Assembly: GCA_951812955.1 (NCBI GenBank)
Contig: OX638340.1
Coordinates: 3,488,001-3,552,000 of the forward strand
From: an uncultured Gemmatimonadota bacterium
GTDB lineage: Bacteria; JAAXHH01
Length of the DNA stretch: 64,000 nt
Direction of reading: 5' to 3'
The notes under the pieces: model-generated
Database searches by the model: none
Seen by the model: the letters and a program-made list of their open reading frames with translations, nothing else
Told to the model about the DNA's origin: nothing
Shown here: in pieces, positions 50,328 through 58,367 of the stretch
Layout of the letters: each line of letters opens with the position of its first letter
Position numbering within the stretch: the first letter of the stretch is position 1
Made by a program: the position numbers and the translations under genes

Positions 50328-50501
50328 TTAAAAAAGCAACGAGATCTGCACGAAGATCTCCGACTAATACATTGTAACGGTCAGGCTTCTTTCTTGCAGA
50401 TGCTGAAGAGGTCTAGAGCGATACCGCCGGCAATACATTATGTAAACGAGTTCGCCGGACGTTTCAATGACCGAGACAAGGAACGACCCTGTGTCAGATA
50501 G
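50328..50501 (+). pseudogene. IS1595-family (ISXO2-like) transposase C-terminal relic
   Basis: Reads ..LRLIHCNGQASFLQMLKRSRAIPPAIHYVNEFAGRFNDRDKERP..*. Compare the family hallmark ..HTN.IE.FW..LKR....Y..EFAGR.N.R. It is short and internally deleted, with no intact ORF or ends. Confidence 0.55.
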
Positions 50502-50576
50502 AGAACATGGTTACGGGTATAGGCGGTATACGATTACATTGTACCGAATGACACCAGTCTGGAGAGGAGCCAGACG

Positions 50577-50828
50577 ATGACCGTAATGTCCCGCGAAAAC
50601 TGGGCCTTTGGAGCGCAGATCGTGTCAGCTATTGGCATCCTCGTTATCGCGATTGTCACCTTCAGCGATCAATCCAACAAGGAATTCCGGGATGAGATTC
50701 GGACCGAATTGACCGGGTTGCGCACGGACATGCGATCCGAATTTGCCTTGATTCGTTCCGAAATTCATGATCTGAACACACGCCTCGGTCGGGTCGAAGG
50801 TTACTTTCGCGTGTCTGGTAACGAGTAG
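50577..50828 (+). CDS. Small membrane protein: N-terminal TM helix plus a C-terminal 11-residue-periodic coiled-coil-like tail (paralog 1 of 3)
   Basis: GGAGAGGAG SD. TM AQIVSAIGILVIAIVTF, then FRDEIRTELTGLRTDMRSEFALIRSEIHDLNTRLGRVEGYF. Confidence 0.55.
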   Translation: MTVMSRENWAFGAQIVSAIGILVIAIVTFSDQSNKEFRDEIRTELTGLRTDMRSEFALIRSEIHDLNTRLGRVEGYFRVSGNE

Positions 50829-50953
50829 AGATGATTCCTGCATTCAACGTCTACCGAAGAGCGAGATGAATAGCGATCATTGATGAGTAGCGAAATCTGA
50901 TGAATGGCGAAATCTGATGAAGATCAGTGCGATTAGATACTGAGGAGTCAGTA

Positions 50954-51166
50954 ATGGGTGAAAACGGGATGAGAGATTGGTCGTGGACTCCGATTCTTAC
51001 CATGGCCGGTATGCAGGTTATGATGACCGGTATAATTGTTACAATCATGCTCTACTTAAACAGTGATCTAAGTAATAGGATGCTATCGGTGGAAGAGAAA
51101 TTGAGAGACTTGAATGAAGATGTATCAGGACTGGAGACCAGGCTCGATGAGAGAAAGCAAGAATAG
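50954..51166 (+). CDS. Small membrane protein, TM plus coiled-coil-like tail (paralog 2 of 3)
   Basis: ATG at 50954 after GAGGAG. TM ILTMAGMQVMMTGIIVTIMLYL, then LSNRMLSVEEKLRDLNEDVSGLETRLDERKQE. Confidence 0.5.
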   Translation: MGENGMRDWSWTPILTMAGMQVMMTGIIVTIMLYLNSDLSNRMLSVEEKLRDLNEDVSGLETRLDERKQE

Positions 51167-51208
51167 TCAAAGTAGAAACTTGATCTGATCTCAAGGACGC
51201 AGGGTACT

Positions 51209-51502
51209 ATGGAAATCGCTCAACTGGTCGTATCGCCGGCTATCTTGCTGGGAGCATTCATCTTCTTCTGGAAGGAATCCAAAGCGGGAAGAATGGAGCT
51301 GGAAACCCGGCTGGTAAAGCGCATGGATCGCATAGAGGACAGGCTGGATGCACGCATCGTCTCCCTGGAGGACAAGATGGATGCGCGCTTTATCGCTCTG
51401 GAGGACAAGATGGATGCGCGTTTTATCTCTCTGGAGGACAAGATGGATACGCGCATTGGCCGGCTGGAAGGGGTGCTCATCACACAACAGAAGGTGTCCT
51501 GA
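51209..51502 (+). CDS. Small membrane protein, TM plus hendecad-repeat tail (paralog 3 of 3)
   Basis: TM LVVSPAILLGAFIFFW. The tail contains a 33-nt tandem repeat encoding LEDKMDARFI(A/S) x3, then RIGRLEGV, which matches the RLGRVEG end of paralog 1. Confidence 0.6.
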   Translation: MEIAQLVVSPAILLGAFIFFWKESKAGRMELETRLVKRMDRIEDRLDARIVSLEDKMDARFIALEDKMDARFISLEDKMDTRIGRLEGVLITQQKVS

Positions 51503-51516
51503 TCAACGAGTGGAAA

Positions 51517-51951
51517 CTACCTCTCGGATCGCACCACCAGCGTCCGCGCGATGAGATCGTGAAAGGCCTGTCTGTGCTGCGTGAAGACCGCGGCGAGGTA
51601 GCCCGGCCAGAGGACGGGGAGGCACTTGGGAATGGCTCTGAGTGCGGCGCGGCCGAAGGTGGGGGTATATCCCTCGGCGTCGGCCACCCGGATGCCGAGG
51701 ATCATCTTGCCGATCGTGGCGCCGCGCGGTGAACTCTCCATGGCCGCGTAGTAGAACCAGGGCATGAACAACTGGAATGCGCTCATCAGGGGGAGGGTTA
51801 CGGGGTCGGAGTCGGCGCCCAAATATTCGACCGCCAGCGCAATCACCGCGGAGGCCGCGGTGAGGATCGCCAGGTCGATGGCAAAAGCGCCGATCCGCTG
51901 CAGGTGGCCGGCATAGTCTTCGGACAGGGAGTAGCCGGAAATGAAGGTCAC
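51517..51951 (-). CDS. RDD-family membrane protein
   Basis: RIGAFAIDLAILTAASAVIA ... GATIGKMILGIRV....G.....GRAALR ... FHDLIARTLVV. The likely GTG start at 51951 forms a GTGA overlap with the upstream stop. The track start at 51993 would overlap the upstream gene by 46 nt. Confidence 0.75.
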   Translation of the reverse strand: MTFISGYSLSEDYAGHLQRIGAFAIDLAILTAASAVIALAVEYLGADSDPVTLPLMSAFQLFMPWFYYAAMESSPRGATIGKMILGIRVADAEGYTPTFGRAALRAIPKCLPVLWPGYLAAVFTQHRQAFHDLIARTLVVRSER

Positions 51952-53147
51952 GGCCTGGCGGGACCTCCGTCGGGCGTGCGGGCCTGGGTCCAATTGATGA
52001 TTTCGTCCTCGCAGGGATACCGCGCTGCAAGCTTCTCGTCCACGTCGATGCCCAGGCCGGGAAGGTCGTTGGGATACATGTAGCCGCCGCGTACTTCGGG
52101 CGTGCCGGGGAAGATCTCGTATACCAGTTCATTGAAGCGGCACCACTCCTGGATGCCGAAATTCGGCGCCCACAGATCGAGGTGCAGGTTGGCGGCGTGG
52201 CCCACGGGGGAGACGTCGCCCGGTCCGTGCCACGCCGTGCGGATGCCGTACATGGCCGCCATGGCCGCGACGTTGCGGGCCGGCGTGATTCCGCCCATCT
52301 GGCTGATGTGCATGCGCAGGAAGTCGATGAGCCGTCCTTCGATCAGGGGTAGCCATTCCGCGGGATTGTTGAACAGTTCCCCCATGGCGATGGGCGTAGT
52401 GGAGGTCTGCCGCATGCGGCGGAACCACTCGTTGTCTTCGGGCGCCAGGGCATCTTCGAGGAAGAACAGGTTGTAGGGTTCGAGTTGCTTCGCGAAGACG
52501 ATGGCGTCGGCGGGCGTGAGCCGTTCGTGCACGTCATGGAGCAGTTCCACCTCGTCGCCCACGGCTGCGCGCAGGTGCTCGAACATCTTGACCGTGCGGC
52601 GCATGTAGCTTCGCGGATCGAAATAGTCGCCGGATTTCGCGCCCTCGGGCGGCGTGATCCGCGGCTTCCTTCCCCCGTATCCGCCGATCTGGCAGCGAAC
52701 GTGCCGATAGTCCTGCGCCATGTACCGCTGCACGTTTTCCGCCACTTCTGCAGGCGATGCGCCGTCGGCGTGGACATAGGTGGCCGCCGCCTCGCGGCAC
52801 TTTCCGCCGAGGAGCTGGTACACGGGCATGCCGGCCTGTTTGCCCTTGATGTCCCACAGCGCCTGGTCCATGCCGGATATGGCGTTGTTCAGTACTGGTC
52901 CGTTGCGCCAGTAGCCGTTCACCATGGCCGTCTGCCACAAGTCTTCGATGGCGTCCACTTCCTTTCCGATGAGAAAGGGCTTCAGGTGGCGTTCGATGGC
53001 TGCGTGGACGGCGTGGAACCGCTGGGTGAAGGTGGCGCAACCCAGGCCGTACAGGCCGGGTTCCGAGGTCAGGATCTTCACGACGATCAGGCGCGACCCG
53101 GCGGGCTGGGTCAGTATGGTTATCACGTCGATAATGGTCACGGGCAT
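51948..53147 (-). CDS. Enolase-superfamily dehydratase, ManD/RspA-like (D-mannonate/D-galactonate dehydratase family)
   Basis: The N-terminus MPVTIIDV..ILTQPAGSRLIVVKILTSEPGLYGLGCATFTQR...ISGMDQALWDIKGKQAGMPVYQLLGGK is typical of this subgroup, and the length is 399 aa. Confidence 0.8.
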   Translation of the reverse strand: MPVTIIDVITILTQPAGSRLIVVKILTSEPGLYGLGCATFTQRFHAVHAAIERHLKPFLIGKEVDAIEDLWQTAMVNGYWRNGPVLNNAISGMDQALWDIKGKQAGMPVYQLLGGKCREAAATYVHADGASPAEVAENVQRYMAQDYRHVRCQIGGYGGRKPRITPPEGAKSGDYFDPRSYMRRTVKMFEHLRAAVGDEVELLHDVHERLTPADAIVFAKQLEPYNLFFLEDALAPEDNEWFRRMRQTSTTPIAMGELFNNPAEWLPLIEGRLIDFLRMHISQMGGITPARNVAAMAAMYGIRTAWHGPGDVSPVGHAANLHLDLWAPNFGIQEWCRFNELVYEIFPGTPEVRGGYMYPNDLPGLGIDVDEKLAARYPCEDEIINWTQARTPDGGPARP

Positions 53148-53158
53148 GGTTGTTTAGC

Positions 53159-55798
53159 CTAAAAGGCGCCTCCGAAGAAGACTGCGTTCAGGAAAAGGCC
53201 GTTCGTGCCGTACCAGAAGGCTCTGAAATTGGGATTGTCCGCGAAGAGTATGACTGCGCCGTCGCCCAGCCGGCGGGCGATAAGCGCGGCCGTGCCGGCC
53301 AGTTCGTCGTGACGCTTCGGCGAGATGTAGCCGCTGAGCAGGGGCGAGGATGCGTACCGCGCCACCGTAGCGCCGGGTGTCCCGGACGGTTCAAAAAAGA
53401 TCTCGTGGTTGCGGAACAGGGCCGTCTGGTCGCCATAGCCGAAAGCCAGCGGGTGGGTAGTGTCCAGCGCGGCTGCGAATATGGCCCCGCCGATGCGCTG
53501 CGCGCCACGCGTGGAAGGCACCAGTTCATAGGACAGGTCGGTCGTGTCGGGCGGGCTGGCCCGGAGCCTTTCGTCGATCAATTCCTTGCCGATGAGCCAG
53601 CGAACGGCGCTCTTCCAGGCGATGAGCGTGCCGCCCTCGCGCACCCACCACTTCAGGCGATTCACGTCTTCGGTGTCCAGACCATAACTGCCCGTCACCA
53701 TGACCAGGGTCGTGTAGCGATCCAGGTCCAGGTCCGAAAAACCGTCGGCATCGACCAGGGAGACCGGGATGCCGAACCGCTCGTTGAGCAGGTGCCAGGC
53801 CTCGCCGACCTCGTATGCCCGGGTGCCGGGACCCGATAGCACCGCGATCTGCGGTTTGACCAGCACGGGGGAGGTGGGGCCGCCGAGATCACCGCCCGAT
53901 GGCGTGAGCCCCGTGTCCGCGCGATGGATGACGACATGGTCCTCCGCGACGACGCGGTCGATCAGCGCCCGGACCTGTTCGGCCGTCACCGTAGATGCCG
54001 CGTCCCGCTGGACGACGGGGATGATGATCGTACCCCGGTTGAAGGTCTGTTCCGCGTTACCCGGTCCGCCTGATCCACCCGCGCCGCCCGGGCCGCCGGT
54101 GGCCAGCGTAAAGGGCTTGCGGGCCAGCCGCGGCCGGATGCCCGCGTCCAGGATCCGGTACAGCGCGCGGGGGGCGTAGTACCGGTCCCATTCCATCAGG
54201 TAGGCGTAGGACCCGTGGCCGCCGATCAGCTGGCCGCCGTCGAAATCCGCCGCCGTGATTTCATCCCCGGCCATATCATCGGAATACCTGCGCAGTTCGC
54301 CGCTCGCGACGCCCATGGCCAGGGGCAGGGTCCAGGCCGACACGTCGTAGAAGAGGGAGTCCTCGAAAGTCGTGACCCGCTCCATGGCGGCCTTGATCAG
54401 CCGCGTCTGGGGTTGGTCCAGGGGAATGACGACCGTCCCGCCGGCCCGGAACGACCGGCCGCCGGTTCCCTCTGCCCGTCCGGTCGGCATGGCCTGCACG
54501 GTCCGTGCGAGTTCGTACACACGGACGCGATGGCGGAGCAGCATCTCCACGAGGGCCTGGGTGCGCGTGCGCGAATCGCCCAGGTCGAGGACATAGGCCT
54601 TGACGGGGTCCTGCCGGGCCGCTTCCGGCGCCGAGGCGTAGAAATCGCGCTGGTTGGAGAGCAACTCCGTCCGCAGGGCCAGGCTGCCGGCCAGCGTCGA
54701 CATGGAGGTGGTGAACTGGTTGCGGATGGTGAAGGGGAAGGTCAGCACCCCGTCGTTGGTCATCCGCTCCAGCGATCGGGCCGAGGCCTGCTCGAAGAGG
54801 ATGCCGATGGCACCGTTCACGTCCGGAAATGTGGACCCCTTCCCGTAAAAGAAGTCGTCGAAGGTCTCTTCCGAGTAATACAGCGTACCCTGGCGGTCGT
54901 GCCACTCGGCGTGGTGTTCGGCGAGCGCCGCCGTCAGCTCGAAGGTCCGCTCCGGCGTGTTTGGGTTGTTGCGGCTCGGGATCCCCGGCTGGAAGAAATA
55001 GGTGGCGTTGCTGCCCATCTCGTGAAAATCGGTCAGCACCTGGGCGCGCCAGTGGTGGAACAGGGCCACCCGGCCCTGTGACTCGGGATGCTGCGCCACG
55101 AGCCAGTCCCGGTTCAGATCGAACCAGTAATGGTTGGTCCGCCCGCCCGGCCACGGCTCCACGTGCTCCCGGTCCTGTCCGTCCCGCGTGGCCACCCGGC
55201 CCCGGTTGGCATTGACCCAGTTGACGAAGCGGTCCCGCCCATCCGGGTTGTAGTTGGGATCCAGGATGATCACGGCGCGGTCCAGCAGGGCGTCCACAGC
55301 CGGTCCGCTGCCCGCGGCCAGGTGATAGAGCACCAGCATGGCCGCCTCGGAACTGCTGCCCTCATTGCCGTGCACGCCGTAACCCATGTGGACGACGACG
55401 GGCATGGCCTCGATCATGGCGTCGGACACCGCGTCCGGCGCGTCGGACAGCCGGTGGTTGGCCAACCGGATTTCCTCCAGGCGGCCGTGGTTGGCCGGCG
55501 ACGTCACCACGGCATGGAGCAGGTGGCGCCCCTCGTAGGAGGCGCCGTGGCGGCTCACCACGACGCGGTCCGATGCCGCGGCCACCTCGCGGTAATAGGC
55601 GGCGACCAGGTGGGAACGCGTATGCGTGGCGCCCACCACGTGGCCGGTGACCGATTCGGGCCGGGGGATGGCCGGGTCGTAGGATGCGACGCCGGGTACG
55701 CGGACGTCCATGACGAAGGGCAGGTCCTGGGCCCGGGCGTTCCCGGCAACGAGGACCAGCGCGGCAATGAGCAGGGACAGCGGGCGGACTCGGAACAT
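53159..55798 (-). CDS. Secreted M14-family zinc carboxypeptidase with a large C-terminal extension
   Basis: ATG at 55798 with signal MFRVRPLSLLIAALVLVAGNARAQ. Motifs HGNEGSS, DPNYNPDGRDRF, LNRDW and DFHEMG. The upstream 106 codons of the track ORF lack coding features. Confidence 0.8.
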   Translation of the reverse strand: MFRVRPLSLLIAALVLVAGNARAQDLPFVMDVRVPGVASYDPAIPRPESVTGHVVGATHTRSHLVAAYYREVAAASDRVVVSRHGASYEGRHLLHAVVTSPANHGRLEEIRLANHRLSDAPDAVSDAMIEAMPVVVHMGYGVHGNEGSSSEAAMLVLYHLAAGSGPAVDALLDRAVIILDPNYNPDGRDRFVNWVNANRGRVATRDGQDREHVEPWPGGRTNHYWFDLNRDWLVAQHPESQGRVALFHHWRAQVLTDFHEMGSNATYFFQPGIPSRNNPNTPERTFELTAALAEHHAEWHDRQGTLYYSEETFDDFFYGKGSTFPDVNGAIGILFEQASARSLERMTNDGVLTFPFTIRNQFTTSMSTLAGSLALRTELLSNQRDFYASAPEAARQDPVKAYVLDLGDSRTRTQALVEMLLRHRVRVYELARTVQAMPTGRAEGTGGRSFRAGGTVVIPLDQPQTRLIKAAMERVTTFEDSLFYDVSAWTLPLAMGVASGELRRYSDDMAGDEITAADFDGGQLIGGHGSYAYLMEWDRYYAPRALYRILDAGIRPRLARKPFTLATGGPGGAGGSGGPGNAEQTFNRGTIIIPVVQRDAASTVTAEQVRALIDRVVAEDHVVIHRADTGLTPSGGDLGGPTSPVLVKPQIAVLSGPGTRAYEVGEAWHLLNERFGIPVSLVDADGFSDLDLDRYTTLVMVTGSYGLDTEDVNRLKWWVREGGTLIAWKSAVRWLIGKELIDERLRASPPDTTDLSYELVPSTRGAQRIGGAIFAAALDTTHPLAFGYGDQTALFRNHEIFFEPSGTPGATVARYASSPLLSGYISPKRHDELAGTAALIARRLGDGAVILFADNPNFRAFWYGTNGLFLNAVFFGGAF

Positions 55799-55920
55799 GG
55801 CCTTTTCCTGACTTGTAGACGGATTTTGGTCGAGCGGTTTGTGGGTAAATGTAACCGCCAAGATAAAGATCGGGGATAGCCGGAGCAAGGGATATGAGGA
55901 CGTCGAAGCGCAGGGGTGAA

Positions 55921-55966
55921 CCGTCCGCCGCCGGGGAACGCAACCGTCCGCCGCCGGGGAACGCAA
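55921..55966. repeat. 23-bp perfect tandem repeat x2 (plus degenerate partial copies) in a divergent promoter region
   Basis: ccgtccgccgccggggaacgcaa appears twice, followed by related ccgggcgatgccggcgaacgcaa... Lies between the M14 gene (minus) and the saccharopine dehydrogenase gene (plus). Confidence 0.85.
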
Positions 55967-56165
55967 CCGGGCGATGCCGGCGAACGCAAAAAGGTTCCGC
56001 CGGGGATCGCGACCGGGCGATTGCGGTCCGTTCCATTCCCGCGATCTACATGCCAGTTTGCCCTTGACGCGGTACCCGTCGACCGCGCTAATTGAAAGTC
56101 CGGCTTCCGGTTTCAATCACCTGTACATTCCATTCCGACGGGATCTGTGTCATACGGAGGTATCC

Positions 56166-57335
56166 GTGCGTATTCTGGTGATCGGCAGCGGCCTGATGGG
56201 ACCCGCGGCTGCCTACAACGCCATGGTGGACGATGCGGTGGAGCGCGTTACGGTCTGCGACCTCAGCGACGACCAGCTCGCGGCCTGCCGCGACAGGTTG
56301 AGGGACATGCCGGGAGCGGACAAAGTCGCGTACCGCAGGCTGGACATGAGCGACCGGGACGAGTCCATCGCCGTGATGAAGGACCACGGCGCAGGCGTGG
56401 CGGCCCTGCCGCGCGCGGCGAGCATGATGGCCATTCCGCTGTCGCTCGAGGCAGGCATGCCGTATATGGACCTGACCCGCGTGGCGGACGAGGAACTGGC
56501 AGGCTGGACGTCCGAGTTCGCCGGATCCGACGGGTTCGTGATCCTGGGCTGCGGGCTGGAACCGGGACTGACCGAGATCATGGCGCGCCACCTGGCCGAA
56601 TTGCTCGACCGGACCGACGAACTGCACATAGTCTGCGGCGGCATACCGGATCGGCCGGCCCCGCCCCTGGGGTACAAGATCGTATTCGGCGGCCGGCGCT
56701 TGCCCCTACGCGCGTCCACGGCCCGTGCCGTCGTCGACGGGCGCCTCGTGGACGTCCCGCGCTACTCGGATCCTGAACCGGCGGTCTTCGAAGGCGTCGG
56801 GGAATGCGAAGCCTGGCACGAGGGCTTCATGCCCTGGCTCCTGGAGTTGGAAGCCCTGAAGGGCCTTCGAGCCGGGACGCAGAAGACCGTGCGCTGGCCG
56901 GGATATGCACACAAAGTTACCGTGCTGCGCGAACTCGGCCTGCTCGGCGAGGACCCGGTGGACGTGGACGGCGTACCTGTTATACCGAAGCACGTGGTGG
57001 ACGCCGTGCTCTATCCCTCCGTGAAGATGACCCCGGAGGACCGGGACATCACGGCCTACCGCGTCACGGTGATCGGCGAAAAGGACGGGCGGCCCGCCGC
57101 GAGAACGGCAGAGATGATCGACCGCTACGACGAAGGGACGGGGTTTACCTCCATGGCGCGGACCACGGCCTTCACCGCGGCCATCGCAGCGCGCATGGCG
57201 GCCCGGGGCGACCTCGCCCATCCGGGCAGTCCTTTCGTGACCCCCGAACAGGCGATTTACGGGGACCGGTATCATATGATGATCGACGAACTCGAGCGGA
57301 TGGACGTGCGGTTCAGGATCAGCGGTACTGATTAG
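56166..57335 (+). CDS. Saccharopine dehydrogenase-family NAD(P)-binding oxidoreductase
   Basis: GTG at 56166 after GGAGG. Rossmann motif VRILVIGSGLMGPAAAY. The length and the C-terminal domain are consistent with the Sacchrp_dh family. Confidence 0.7.
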   Translation: MRILVIGSGLMGPAAAYNAMVDDAVERVTVCDLSDDQLAACRDRLRDMPGADKVAYRRLDMSDRDESIAVMKDHGAGVAALPRAASMMAIPLSLEAGMPYMDLTRVADEELAGWTSEFAGSDGFVILGCGLEPGLTEIMARHLAELLDRTDELHIVCGGIPDRPAPPLGYKIVFGGRRLPLRASTARAVVDGRLVDVPRYSDPEPAVFEGVGECEAWHEGFMPWLLELEALKGLRAGTQKTVRWPGYAHKVTVLRELGLLGEDPVDVDGVPVIPKHVVDAVLYPSVKMTPEDRDITAYRVTVIGEKDGRPAARTAEMIDRYDEGTGFTSMARTTAFTAAIAARMAARGDLAHPGSPFVTPEQAIYGDRYHMMIDELERMDVRFRISGTD

Positions 57336-57430
57336 ACCGGGGCCGGTTACGATACTATAACGAATTAGCGCCAGAGCCGGGCCGGATTCGCGGTGAACCA
57401 AGTGATGAGCAGATCGCGGGAGGAACACGC

Positions 57431-58267
57431 GTGAAGAATTCTGACGAAAAGCAACCGGCGGCCACCGGTAAGAAAAAGAAGAAGAAGAATAAGCTGAGCC
57501 GCGAGGCCTACGAGGCGGAGTTGGCCCGCCTGCAGGTCGAGTTGTCCAAACTGCAGGAATGGGTGGTCGGCCAGGGCAAAAAAGTGGTGGTCATCTTCGA
57601 GGGTCGCGACGCGGCCGGCAAGGGGGGCACCATCTCCCGCATCACCGCGCGGCTGAATCACCGCGTCTGCCGCGTGGCCGCGCTGGCCAAGCCGACGGAC
57701 CGGGAACAGTCGCAGTGGTACTTCCAACGTTACGTGGCCCAACTGCCCTCGGCGGGCGAGATCGTGCTCTTCGACCGGAGCTGGTACAACCGGGCCGGCG
57801 TCGACCGGGTGATGGGGTTCTGCACCGAGGAGGAGTACCGGGAATTCCTCCGGACCTGTCCCCAGTTCGAGCGCATGCTCGTGCGTTCCGGCATCAAGTT
57901 AATCAAGTACTGGTTCTCGGTGAGCGCGAAGGAGCAGGAACGGCGGTTCAAGAACCGGATCAAGGATCCCCTCAAGAGCTGGAAGTTCAGCGACATGGAC
58001 CGGCAGTCCTACATGAAGTGGGACGAATATTCGCTCGCCAAGGACGAAATGATGAACTACACGGACATCAATCAGGCGCCCTGGTACGTCGTGCCGTCGG
58101 ACAGCAAGCGCCGCGCCCGGCTGAACTGCATCACCCACCTGCTCAGCCTCTTCCCCTACGACGAGAATCCCCCAACGTCGGGCATCGAACTGCCGGACCG
58201 CGATACAGACTCCGGCTATGTCCGTCCCCCCATGGACGATCAGCGATTCATTCCTGAATTTTACTGA
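57431..58267 (+). CDS. ppk2: Polyphosphate kinase 2
   Basis: VVIFEGRDAAGKGGTISRI (Walker A), QWYFQRY, LFDRSWYNRAGVDRVMGF, KYWFSVSAKEQERRF, KSWKFSDMD and WYVVPSDSKRRARLN are hallmark PPK2 motifs. Confidence 0.92.
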   Translation: MKNSDEKQPAATGKKKKKKNKLSREAYEAELARLQVELSKLQEWVVGQGKKVVVIFEGRDAAGKGGTISRITARLNHRVCRVAALAKPTDREQSQWYFQRYVAQLPSAGEIVLFDRSWYNRAGVDRVMGFCTEEEYREFLRTCPQFERMLVRSGIKLIKYWFSVSAKEQERRFKNRIKDPLKSWKFSDMDRQSYMKWDEYSLAKDEMMNYTDINQAPWYVVPSDSKRRARLNCITHLLSLFPYDENPPTSGIELPDRDTDSGYVRPPMDDQRFIPEFY

Positions 58268-58367
58268 GTGCAGTGTGGAACTTGATTCGAGCGGCCTGGC
58301 GGACCTGAATGAACCTGTGCCGCCGGGTTCCGGTCCGCCGCCGAGCCTGGCGGCTCCCGCTCCGGGC

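Noticed and set aside
52485-55879. Plus-strand ORFs 52485-53162, 53150-53839, 54215-55081 and 55088-55879.
   Set aside because: They are antisense to the well-supported ManD-like and M14 genes and have no motifs.
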